A stretch of DNA of 64,000 nucleotides from NCBI GenBank assembly GCA_963668645.2, contig CAXXWC010000021.1:1088001-1152000 (forward strand), read 5' to 3'. A model generated the notes under the pieces. That model did not search any database, was not told where the DNA came from, and worked only from the letters and a program-made list of their open reading frames with translations. Shown here piece after piece: positions 51,105-60,384 of the stretch. Position 1 is the first letter of the stretch. Each line of letters starts with the position of its first letter. The translations under genes and the position numbers were made by a program. The stretch is from Desulfobacterales bacterium (GTDB taxonomy: Bacteria; Desulfobacterota; Desulfobacteria; Desulfobacterales; UBA2174).

Positions 51105-54104
51105 ATGAAAAAAAGATTCGCCCAAAATTTTTCAACTATCACCACTGATAAAGAGACAGTGGGACTCAATCATAATGCGCAAAGTCCATCCCCTCCTCCA
51201 TCCCCTGATCAAGCTGACCAGATCCCAATCTATAACAGTCGTTTGATTATGGTATGGTTAGAATATCTTGAGGAATCCTATCCTGATATAAACATAGACA
51301 ATCTTCTGTACCAATCCGATATTACGCGATTGGAAGTCCAAGATCCCGGCGTGTGGTTTAATCAGAAACAAGTTGACAGTTTCGCCCTGGCAGCTGTCGA
51401 TGCAACGAAGAATCCACAAATTGCACGGCTTGCAGGGCGGCATATCATTGTCTGCAAAAGTGTCCAACCAGTGCGACAACTAACAATAGGCCTTCTTAGC
51501 ATGAGTACGGTTTATCTTCTAATCTCAAAATTATCTGAAGTGCTGAGTAGGGGCACAGAAGTGCGTACTCGCCGTTTAGGATCTAATAAGATCGAAATTA
51601 TCAGCAGGCCAAAACCCGGATTTGGAGAAAAAGCTTACCAATGTGAAAATCGCATTGGCTGTTACGAATCAATCGGTCGCCTTTTCACCGACTCATTTGC
51701 TCAAGTCGAACACCCTGAATGTCTTCACCGAGGTGGACGCTATTGCCGCTACACCGTTTCCTGGCAAAAAATCCCTTGGATATTTTTTCAGCAAGTTCGC
51801 AACTGGATTAGCATAGCAGGAATTTTATCACTGATAATACTCATCCCGGTAATCACGGTAGACTTTTGGCTTGGAGCCGCTTTCTTTTGGTCAGCTTTAA
51901 TCGGATCAATAGCTTATCTATCTGAAAGGGTACGCGCACAATACTACGTAAGCACACTTAAGGCACAAAGCGAACTGGCAAGTGACAACATAAATGCAAT
52001 GGATGCTCGTTTCAATAACGCAATGATGGTGCAAGAAATTGGTCAAGCGACTGCAACGCTAAAGACCGAAATTGAATTGGTAGAAGTAGCATCTGAAATC
52101 ATGAAGGACAGATCAGAATACGACCGGGCTCTTATCATGCTAGCCGACAGTGAAGGCCAGTATCTAAGCTATGCCGCCGGTTTTGGTTATGACGATGCAA
52201 GTCGCCATCAACTGATGAAAACATCTTTCCATTTAAACCGCCCAGATTCCAAAGGGATTTTTGTCCAAGCGTTCAGAGAAAAGCAACCGATTTTAGTACA
52301 AAACATGGATGAAATTGTTCACGGGTTTTCAGAACGCAGCAGGAACTTGGCAAAAGCTTTGGCCGGCAAATCAATCATCTGCGTACCCATCGCCTACGAA
52401 GAACAGGCCTTGGGAATCATTGCGATTGACAATAGTTGCAGTGAACGCCCGCTGACGCAAAGCGACGTAAGTCTCCTGATGGGGGTCGCCTGGCAATTGG
52501 CCGTCGGCATCATCAATACCCGCGCGTTCAAGCAGATCAAGGAAAGTGAAAAGAAATACCGTGACGTTGTGGAAAGCGCCAGCAGCATCATCATCAGAAT
52601 CGATTCCGGAGGGGGGATCGTCTTTTCAAATCGTTTTGCCCAAAGACTTTTCGGACTCAGCCAGAAGGAGCTTTACGGGCGCAATATCGGAACCGTCCTG
52701 GAACCGGAAGGCGTAAAACCGTGGGACTGGCGCGCCACTTTGAACAGGATCATCGCCAATGGCAACCCGATTCCCCAAGTTGAAGAAACCGTCTATCGTC
52801 TTGCGGACGGACGACAGATTTGGATCGCGTGGACTTTTCAACCCATTTTCAGTGACAAAGGCATACTAAAGGAAGTTTTGTGCATCGGCAACGACGTCTC
52901 CCAGTTGATGCAGACCCAGGAAGAAAAAGCTGATCTCGAGATGCAACTGCTGCGCGCTCAAAAGATGGAGGCTCTAGGCACCCTGGCCGGGGGCGTCGCT
53001 CACGATCTGAATAATGTGCTGGCCGGCCTGATCAACTATCCAGAGCTGATGCTGATGCAAATGCCGTCGGACAGCCCCTGGCGGCGGTATGTGGAAGGGA
53101 TCAAAAAAAGCGGCGAAAAAGCCGCCGCGATTGTCCAGGATCTGCTCACCCTGGCCCGGCGTAACGTGGTCAACAAAGACGTTGTCAATCTGAATACAAT
53201 AGTGACCGAATACATAGAAAGCCCGGAATACGAACGCCTCAGACAGCACCACCCCGGCGCCAACATTGTTACACGCCTTGAAAAGGATCTGCAAGACATT
53301 CAAGGAGCACCGATCCATCTTTCGAAGGCCCTGATGAACCTGGTAACCAACGCGATAGAAGCTTTGGACGGACGTCCCGGGCAGGTTGTGATCACCACCG
53401 AAAAACGGCGGCTTACCAGAGACTTGGTCGGGTATGAGTCGGTGCCTAGCGGCGATTACGTTGTCCTGTCGGTTTCGGATACGGGATGCGGCATCGCAGG
53501 GACGGATTTGCATCGCATTTTCGAGCCGTTCTTCACTAAAAAGCAGATGGGCCGCAGCGGCACGGGGTTGGGGATGGCTGTGGTCTGGGGCGCCATTAAA
53601 GATCATGACGGCCGTATTGACATCCATAGCGCCCCGGGCCGGGGAACCTGCTTTGAGATCTATTTTTTGCCGACAACCCGCAAGTCCGTCGAAATGCCCC
53701 AATTATCCGTTCAAGCATACCGCGGACAGGGAGAAAAAATTCTGGTGGTGGACGACGTTCCCATCCAGTGTGAAATCGCTGAGGAAATCCTCTCCGGTCT
53801 CGGCTACGAGGTCGCCAGTGTCTCCAGCGGGGAAGCGGCGGTGGATTACGTTCGAGCCCATCCGGTGGATCTGATGGTCATCGACATGATTATGGGAGCG
53901 GGCATCGATGGACTGGAAACCTATCGCCGGATCATCGGCCACCGGCCGGGGCAACGGGCCATCATTACAAGCGGATACTCAGAAAATGAAAAAGTCCATC
54001 AGGCCATAGCTCTGGGCGCCGGTGCCTATGTCAAAAAGCCCTATACCATGGAGGGCCTGGGTGAAGCGGTGCGCAAGGAGTTGGACCGTGCGAAGAACCT
54101 TTAG
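51105..54104 (+). CDS. Hybrid sensor histidine kinase (V4R/H-NOX-like N-domain, 2 TM, GAF, PAS, HisKA, HATPase, REC)
   Basis: AGGVAHDLNN, NLVTNA, DTGCGI, FEPFFT, GTGLG, VVDD...IDMIM...KKP; N-domain ends HPECLHRGGRYCRYTVSW. Confidence 0.92.
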   Translation: MKKRFAQNFSTITTDKETVGLNHNAQSPSPPPSPDQADQIPIYNSRLIMVWLEYLEESYPDINIDNLLYQSDITRLEVQDPGVWFNQKQVDSFALAAVDATKNPQIARLAGRHIIVCKSVQPVRQLTIGLLSMSTVYLLISKLSEVLSRGTEVRTRRLGSNKIEIISRPKPGFGEKAYQCENRIGCYESIGRLFTDSFAQVEHPECLHRGGRYCRYTVSWQKIPWIFFQQVRNWISIAGILSLIILIPVITVDFWLGAAFFWSALIGSIAYLSERVRAQYYVSTLKAQSELASDNINAMDARFNNAMMVQEIGQATATLKTEIELVEVASEIMKDRSEYDRALIMLADSEGQYLSYAAGFGYDDASRHQLMKTSFHLNRPDSKGIFVQAFREKQPILVQNMDEIVHGFSERSRNLAKALAGKSIICVPIAYEEQALGIIAIDNSCSERPLTQSDVSLLMGVAWQLAVGIINTRAFKQIKESEKKYRDVVESASSIIIRIDSGGGIVFSNRFAQRLFGLSQKELYGRNIGTVLEPEGVKPWDWRATLNRIIANGNPIPQVEETVYRLADGRQIWIAWTFQPIFSDKGILKEVLCIGNDVSQLMQTQEEKADLEMQLLRAQKMEALGTLAGGVAHDLNNVLAGLINYPELMLMQMPSDSPWRRYVEGIKKSGEKAAAIVQDLLTLARRNVVNKDVVNLNTIVTEYIESPEYERLRQHHPGANIVTRLEKDLQDIQGAPIHLSKALMNLVTNAIEALDGRPGQVVITTEKRRLTRDLVGYESVPSGDYVVLSVSDTGCGIAGTDLHRIFEPFFTKKQMGRSGTGLGMAVVWGAIKDHDGRIDIHSAPGRGTCFEIYFLPTTRKSVEMPQLSVQAYRGQGEKILVVDDVPIQCEIAEEILSGLGYEVASVSSGEAAVDYVRAHPVDLMVIDMIMGAGIDGLETYRRIIGHRPGQRAIITSGYSENEKVHQAIALGAGAYVKKPYTMEGLGEAVRKELDRAKNL

Positions 54105-54158
54105 AACAGTTGACCATCTGCCAACCCATAACGCCGTTCGAATCGGCCGCATCTGGGT

Positions 54159-56216
54159 ATGAATCCAGAATCTCATCACATTCCAACGAAAGACCTCCCC
54201 CCCTGTGGCGATTGCGGCGGCAGTGCGGTTTCCAACGCCCAGTTGATCAATACGCTCAACTTTCTCAACTTCATGGACCGGCCTATGATCGTGCGGTTCC
54301 GGCACGCTACGCTCGATCGCTGGATCCGCTTGGAAGCGATTCCGGACCCCTGCCAGGACGAGGAGGCCAGTTGTCGCTGGACCCGGCAAACCACGCCCCT
54401 TAAAGTCCCCTCCCACTACCGGTTTCAGGACATCATCATCCCCGAAGGCCACAGCCTGATCATTGTCGTGCCCGAGGATCACCGCTGGGATTCACTGGGG
54501 GGTAACTTCCGCCTTCCCCGCGACGGAGTCCGGATCAACGCCCGTCGCACGCGGCGTTACCCGAGCAGCGGCGTCAAAGCCGAATTGATCCAAGACGGAA
54601 TCCGTTTTGAAGGTCGCCTGATCGATTTTTCCTCCCTGTCCCTGAGAGTCGACCTGGAGCTCGGCTTGGCTCAATCTTTTTCCTGGATCTGCTCGGAAAC
54701 CCCCTTGATGTTGATCCTCAGCGATGATCAGGGCACCGTGTTCGCAGGTAACTGCCGTCTGATCCGCGGATGCCGCGAAACGGCCAGTCTGCTGCTGGAG
54801 CCGCTCAGCAAGGAAACCCAGCGTTTCGCACGCAAGAGCCACCGCAGCGGGCGTGTCATCGTCACCCCCGCCCCCAATCTGATTTTCAATCACCCCTTGA
54901 TCGGTCGACGCTTTGAGGTGTCCGTATTGGATTTGTCGGGGACCGGATTGAGCATCCAAACGCCCCTCGATCAGGATGTACTGCTGCCCGGACTGATCAT
55001 CCGCCATGTACGTCTGGTCTTTTCAGGCGGCACGGCCTTAACATTCCGGGCACAGGTGATTTACAGCAATCGGATAAAATCCGACGGCCTTGAACTCATG
55101 CAATGCGGTTTGGCAATCCTCGATATTTCACCACGCGCCCACACCCAACTTCTCAGCATGCTGTACCAGGTCAAGGAGCCCAACGCGTATATCGACCATC
55201 CCCAAGACATGGAGGCCCTCTGGCGATTCTTTTTCGAAACCGGGTTCATCTATCCCAGCAAATACGTTTTTTTCCACAAGTTCAAGAAGTGCATCCAGGC
55301 AACTTACGAAAAACTGTATCGCCAGCACCCGGATATTGCGCGCCATTTCACCTACCAGCGGATGGGACGTGTTCTCGGCCATATGGCGATGCTCCGTTTT
55401 TATCGCCGCGCCTGGATGATTCAGCACCACGCCGCCAACACGCGCGAATCCCATCGCGCCGGGCTCATCGTCCTCGAACAGATCGGCCGCTTCATCAACG
55501 ATTCGCACCGTCTCGGCCCGATCTGCATGGATTATGTTTTTTGCCTTTACCGCCCGGAAAACAAGTTTCCCAGCCGGGTTTTTGGCAGCGCCGCTAAATC
55601 CATCGCCGATCCGCAGATCTGTTCAACCGATACTTTCGCCTACCTGCACTTTACACCGCAGCCCCTTTCGCGCCTGAAGCCGGCAGGGCCGGGCTGGCGG
55701 CTGACGGCCTCCAGCGACGAGGATCTTGCCGAACTGGAGGCCGCCTACATAGCGCATTCGGGCAACGGCGGGCTCATCCGGGCCTTTGACCTGAAGCCTG
55801 GAAAGCAGGATATGAAGGATTTGAGCGGGGCGTATCAATCCATCGGCTTGATGCGCCAGCGCCTGCTCTACACACTGCGCCGGGATGACTGTCCGGCAGC
55901 CGTTCTGATGTGCAACCGGTCTGACTTCGGCCTGAATATGTCAGACCTGACCAATTGCGTCCAAATCTTCGTGATCGATTCCCGGATCTTGACGCCGGAC
56001 ATCCTGCATCGGGCGATATCGCGGATCGCGGATTGGTACAACGGGCAGAAATTCCCGATTATGATCTATCCGGAAGAAGCGGCGAGCCGTTGCGCGATAA
56101 GTGCCGAAAAACGCTATACGGCCTGGGTGTTGGACCTGGATTACACCGATCGTTATTTCGACTATGTTTCACGGTTGATCAATATCGCAGCCCACCGCAA
56201 AGCACGCAAGGAATGA
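54159..56216 (+). CDS. PilZ-domain protein with large uncharacterised C-terminal region
   Basis: Two PilZ-like units: RRTRRY...DFSSLS and RKSHRSGR...DLSGTG; ~340-aa C-terminal alpha/beta region. Confidence 0.75.
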   Translation: MNPESHHIPTKDLPPCGDCGGSAVSNAQLINTLNFLNFMDRPMIVRFRHATLDRWIRLEAIPDPCQDEEASCRWTRQTTPLKVPSHYRFQDIIIPEGHSLIIVVPEDHRWDSLGGNFRLPRDGVRINARRTRRYPSSGVKAELIQDGIRFEGRLIDFSSLSLRVDLELGLAQSFSWICSETPLMLILSDDQGTVFAGNCRLIRGCRETASLLLEPLSKETQRFARKSHRSGRVIVTPAPNLIFNHPLIGRRFEVSVLDLSGTGLSIQTPLDQDVLLPGLIIRHVRLVFSGGTALTFRAQVIYSNRIKSDGLELMQCGLAILDISPRAHTQLLSMLYQVKEPNAYIDHPQDMEALWRFFFETGFIYPSKYVFFHKFKKCIQATYEKLYRQHPDIARHFTYQRMGRVLGHMAMLRFYRRAWMIQHHAANTRESHRAGLIVLEQIGRFINDSHRLGPICMDYVFCLYRPENKFPSRVFGSAAKSIADPQICSTDTFAYLHFTPQPLSRLKPAGPGWRLTASSDEDLAELEAAYIAHSGNGGLIRAFDLKPGKQDMKDLSGAYQSIGLMRQRLLYTLRRDDCPAAVLMCNRSDFGLNMSDLTNCVQIFVIDSRILTPDILHRAISRIADWYNGQKFPIMIYPEEAASRCAISAEKRYTAWVLDLDYTDRYFDYVSRLINIAAHRKARKE

Positions 56217-56291
56217 GCAAAACCAAGCCGGCGATTCTTTTCAAACCGTTCACCCCGTTGCAGCAATATCGAGGTGCAATCCTGCAGCGGA

Positions 56292-57104
56292 TCAAGACGG
56301 GCTTTTACGGCCGCGACACAAGATGAGCGGGGTGTAGGTAAAACGACGGGGATCTTTGAAGTATCGATCGAAATCCTCAAAAAATCCCGCAACTCCCCCA
56401 GCATAATCCTTTTCGAACAGATACCCCGATCGGGCTGCCGCCACCCGCATCTTCTGTTCCCAGTTGAAACGGTCGACCTCATTCAACTCCCCGTAAATCA
56501 GATGATGGGCCCGCAGGTCCATCCGAATATCGACCATCCCCAAATCATAAAGATAAGCGTAAAGCTTCCGCCCGGCGTAGGGATCAAAATCCTCCCTGGC
56601 CTCCACCGCGGCCATCACACCGGTAAGGGCCCGGGCCAGGGCCGGCGGCAGCTCGTGATGGTTGAGACAATTGTGGTCCAGATCGATGAGGCACAAAACA
56701 CCACCGGGGTTGAGCAGTGCATGGGCCTTTCGGACAATGGCGGCCGCTTCGGAACGAAAATATTCCAGAATAAATCGAATCCAGATAAAATCGAAGCCGC
56801 CCAGATCGCCCATGGGATCCAGAAAATCGCGGCAGGTGAAAGATAGCCCCGGACGGCCATATGTTTTGCGGGCATGGGCAATGCGTTCTCTCGAAGCATC
56901 AATGCCTACCACGGCCCCACCCGGCTGGACCATTTCAAAAAGATACAAGCTCGTCTTGCCGCTGCCGCAACCGATGTCGGCCACCCGTTGACCGGGCCGG
57001 ATGCCTGCCCAGCGCGCCTGGTCGGCCACATCGCGGCCATCGGTCTTGATTTCCAAGCGTTCGATTTCAGCCGCCGTTTCCATTAGATACGATTTGCGGG
57101 CCAT
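56292..57104 (-). CDS. Class I SAM-dependent methyltransferase
   Basis: SYLME...ERL, VADIGCGSG, GIDAS, FDFIWIRFILEY, LNPGG, DPYAGRKL. Confidence 0.9.
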   Translation of the reverse strand: MARKSYLMETAAEIERLEIKTDGRDVADQARWAGIRPGQRVADIGCGSGKTSLYLFEMVQPGGAVVGIDASRERIAHARKTYGRPGLSFTCRDFLDPMGDLGGFDFIWIRFILEYFRSEAAAIVRKAHALLNPGGVLCLIDLDHNCLNHHELPPALARALTGVMAAVEAREDFDPYAGRKLYAYLYDLGMVDIRMDLRAHHLIYGELNEVDRFNWEQKMRVAAARSGYLFEKDYAGGVAGFFEDFDRYFKDPRRFTYTPLILCRGRKSPS

Positions 57105-57444
57105 TTCACCTTCCTTTGCCTGCAACCACTTGAGAAGCCAGCTTGCAAAAGCGTCAACGTGAAGTCCTTGTATGAAACTGGAATGTTTCCTTCACGATCA
57201 ATCAGACCGTGCCAGCGGCCAGCGGCGGGGCTCACGCTTCAGACCTGAAATGCGTCGTGTTTGACCCGAGCCTGCTTCTCTTAGCCTATTCCGGTCGAAG
57301 GTGCAATAAAATGGCTTGACACACCCTGGCTCGACCCAATAAAGTCGGCCCCAATTAACATAAGGGCTATGTTGTACCCTGTTCACAATTTCCTCGACGG
57401 ATCGGCGGAAAGGTCAACGGCGACCACCGCCAGGGAGGAACTCC

Positions 57445-57633
57445 ATGTTCGATGACGACAAGATCGACCCGCAGTCTGATTATGAGCAATTCCATCGCAC
57501 CCGCCTGACTCCCGAACGGAGCTCATGCCCCAGGGCCGGCGAACTCCATGAAAGGACCTGCAGCCGCAATTCCTGGCAACCGGGAGAGGACCGTTTCGAG
57601 CATCTCTTCGAGCGGCACGACCGCCTCTGGTAG
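57445..57633 (+). CDS. Small hypothetical protein (62 aa)
   Basis: Strong GGGAGG RBS at proper spacing, sits in intergenic space; no recognisable motif. Confidence 0.4.
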   Translation: MFDDDKIDPQSDYEQFHRTRLTPERSSCPRAGELHERTCSRNSWQPGEDRFEHLFERHDRLW

Positions 57634-57799
57634 ACCGTCCCTCCGGCAAGCTGCCTTAACATCGCCTGCCGAGATACGATCCAGTTTGTTAAAAGAGGGG
57701 AGAGGATAGGCCTGTGGCTTCTTGCCCAGGCCTTATCCTTTGACACCAGGTGCCTGCTTGGCCTAAGATGCGGCATTTTCCCGCATAACCTTCTTTTTT

Positions 57800-59350
57800 T
57801 TGGATCGCATCGCCCGCAGACGATGCATGCCGGAACACCCCGGCGAGGTGGTAGCATTGCCGAAACAACTGCAAATTTCCAGAAGACTGACCGGGATTCT
57901 GGTTTATACGCGACCTGGCCTGGCCTTGGGTGCGCTTCTGTGCGCCATCGCGGTGATGTGGCTGCGCGATCCTTTGCTTTATACCATCGGTGTGGCGCTG
58001 TTGTTGATCGCCATGGGCTTCGACATGGTGGACGGCTGGTTTGCCACCCGCTTCCATGCCCATCCCACCCTGACCCAACTGGCCGACCGCATCCTGGACA
58101 AGGTAGTCTATTCGATCATCTTTCCGCTGATCGCGGTGGGCGTCACCTGGCGTCTGACGGTGATCACCCCGGACTACACGCGCACCGAACTACTGCATGC
58201 CATCCTGGTATTGATCCTTTGCGTGATCGTGCTGATCCGCGACAACTTCGCCCACTTCATGCGCGGATTTGCCATCCGCCAGGGCCAGGAGCCCGAGGCC
58301 AGCGAACTGAACCGGCTACGCACCATCGTGGCCGCACCGGTGGGGCTTTTACTCTACGCCTATGCCTTTTACGTACCCGAGGGGCCGCCATCACGGATTT
58401 ACTTCTGGATTTCGTGGCTGGGCAACATCCCCCAGCGCAGCCTCTTTTTCATCGAAATCATCTTTCTGATTATCAATCTAGGGTCGATTGCCGCCTACAC
58501 GCGCAAGTACGGCAGGGTCTGCCTCGACGAACTGTGCGCCGGCGAAGAACGCCTGCGGCGGCAGATCCTGACCTTTTTTCCCAACTCGCTGACGGTGATG
58601 AATGCCCTGATGGGACTGCTGGCGGTATTTTTCGCCTATCAGGGGCGGGTGCGGGAAGCCTACCTGATCTTGATCGGTGCGGCCCTTTTCGACAAGCTCG
58701 ACGGCGCGCTGGCGCGGCGCCTCGGGTTGACCGAACCCCTGGACCCTCTGGAAAAGCAGCGCCGCTTCACTATGGGAGGAATCCTGGACGACGTGTCGGA
58801 CGGGATCAGCTTTTGCATCGTGCCTGCCTGGATTTTTTATCTGACGTTAAGCGGATACGAAAAATCGCTCCTGCCGGGTATCCCCATCGGCTGGATCGCC
58901 TGGCTTTATGCACTGGCCGGAATCGTGCGCCTGATCTATTTCACCCTGGATACCAGCCCGGTACCGGGATTTTTCAAGGGGCTGCCGAGCCCGGCCGGCG
59001 CCCTGCTGGTGGTCGCTCCGCTGATCATGTTCACCCAGGCAGCCGAAATTCAGCCCGAGCAGATACGCCACTTATGGGCCGTGTTCTGCGCCGGCCTGAT
59101 GGTTTTTGCCGCTTTTTGGATGAACCTCTATCCGCTGCGCTACCTGCATTTCGGGCGTTTCATGAACCGCCGCCCTTTTTTTGTCAGCCTTAACATGCTG
59201 CTGGCCCTCCTGCTCGTTTTCACCCCCTATTTCGGCTACTGGGCACTGGCTTGCATGATCATCTATCTTCTCTCTCCCCTGTGGACCTGGCGCGTTTCGC
59301 CGGAAGTGGCCGCCAGCGAAAAACGCGTCAAGAAAAAACGCAAGATTTAA
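57800..59350 (+). CDS. CDP-alcohol phosphatidyltransferase family protein with two tandem domains
   Basis: Motif 1 DMVDGWFA...ADRILDK; motif 2 PNSLT...DKLDGALARR...GGILDDVSD and PssA-like FKGLPSP; start uncertain (57800-57857). Confidence 0.85.
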   Translation: MDRIARRRCMPEHPGEVVALPKQLQISRRLTGILVYTRPGLALGALLCAIAVMWLRDPLLYTIGVALLLIAMGFDMVDGWFATRFHAHPTLTQLADRILDKVVYSIIFPLIAVGVTWRLTVITPDYTRTELLHAILVLILCVIVLIRDNFAHFMRGFAIRQGQEPEASELNRLRTIVAAPVGLLLYAYAFYVPEGPPSRIYFWISWLGNIPQRSLFFIEIIFLIINLGSIAAYTRKYGRVCLDELCAGEERLRRQILTFFPNSLTVMNALMGLLAVFFAYQGRVREAYLILIGAALFDKLDGALARRLGLTEPLDPLEKQRRFTMGGILDDVSDGISFCIVPAWIFYLTLSGYEKSLLPGIPIGWIAWLYALAGIVRLIYFTLDTSPVPGFFKGLPSPAGALLVVAPLIMFTQAAEIQPEQIRHLWAVFCAGLMVFAAFWMNLYPLRYLHFGRFMNRRPFFVSLNMLLALLLVFTPYFGYWALACMIIYLLSPLWTWRVSPEVAASEKRVKKKRKI

Positions 59351-59367
59351 CGCCCCAGCGCCGCCCG

Positions 59368-60384
59368 CTATAAGAGCCTGTGTGGCAGACTTTCAGTCCT
59401 GCCGGCGGGGGTGATTTCGATATAGTCGAGCTTGCGCTGCAGTTCGCGGATGGTCGAGGCCCCGCCGTAAGTCAAACCGGAGCGAAGCCCGCCGATGATG
59501 TCGGCCACGATAGCATCGGCATCTTCCCGGTAAGGGACCTCGGTGGCGACCCCTTCGGCCGTTTTCCACTCGGCCACCCCGCCATGATATTCTTCGGCCA
59601 CTTCCGAGCTGGCCATTCCACGATAAACCTTGTACTTGCGGCTCACGCCGTCCGTGCCGGTCTTTTCCAGCACAGCGCCGGGCGTGGGGGACGTGCCGGC
59701 CAGCATGCTGCCCACCATGACAAAGTCCGCACCGAAAGCCAAAGCCTTGACGATATCGCCTGCATAGCGGATCCCCCCGTCGGCGACGACGGACCGATCC
59801 ACCCGGGCGCAGTTGCGAATGGCGGTCAGATTCGGCACCCCGAACCCGGTTTTGATGCGCGTGGTACATACGCTGCCGCCGCCGATTCCCACCTTGACGA
59901 TATCTGCGCTGCACGAGGCCAGAAAGTCGGCCCCGGCATAGGTGGCCACATTGCCGGCCATGATGCAGACCTCTTCACCGAGCATCTGACGTAAGGTCTT
60001 GAGGGTCTTGCCCACATATTTTGCATGGGCATGGGCCACGTCGACGCAAAAATAGCCCGCCCCGGCGTCGCGCAGGGCCTCGGCCCGCTCCAGATCCTTG
60101 TCGGTGCAGCCGACGGAGACAAAGGTCGGATAGCGGCACCGTTCGAACATGCGCACGTTGTCCTCAATGCACATGAACCGATGCAGCACGCCGATCCCCC
60201 CCCTGGCCCCGATAAAATCGGCCATCTGCACTTCGGTGATCGTGTCCATGTTGGCCGTCATCAAGGGGAGATTGAGATGGAGCTTTTCCCGTCGGCAGGT
60301 CATGGAAATGTCCACAACGCGACGCGATTCCCAGTGATTGTAAGAGGGAACGAGCATGATGTCGTCGTAGGTAAAAGCCTTCAT
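59368..60384 (-). CDS. guaC: GMP reductase / IMPDH-family protein lacking CBS domains
   Basis: TANMDT, DVAHAH, GIGGGSVCTTR, ADGGI, YRGMASS...YHGGVAEWKTAEG flap more like GMPR. Confidence 0.7.
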   Translation of the reverse strand: MKAFTYDDIMLVPSYNHWESRRVVDISMTCRREKLHLNLPLMTANMDTITEVQMADFIGARGGIGVLHRFMCIEDNVRMFERCRYPTFVSVGCTDKDLERAEALRDAGAGYFCVDVAHAHAKYVGKTLKTLRQMLGEEVCIMAGNVATYAGADFLASCSADIVKVGIGGGSVCTTRIKTGFGVPNLTAIRNCARVDRSVVADGGIRYAGDIVKALAFGADFVMVGSMLAGTSPTPGAVLEKTGTDGVSRKYKVYRGMASSEVAEEYHGGVAEWKTAEGVATEVPYREDADAIVADIIGGLRSGLTYGGASTIRELQRKLDYIEITPAGRTESLPHRLL

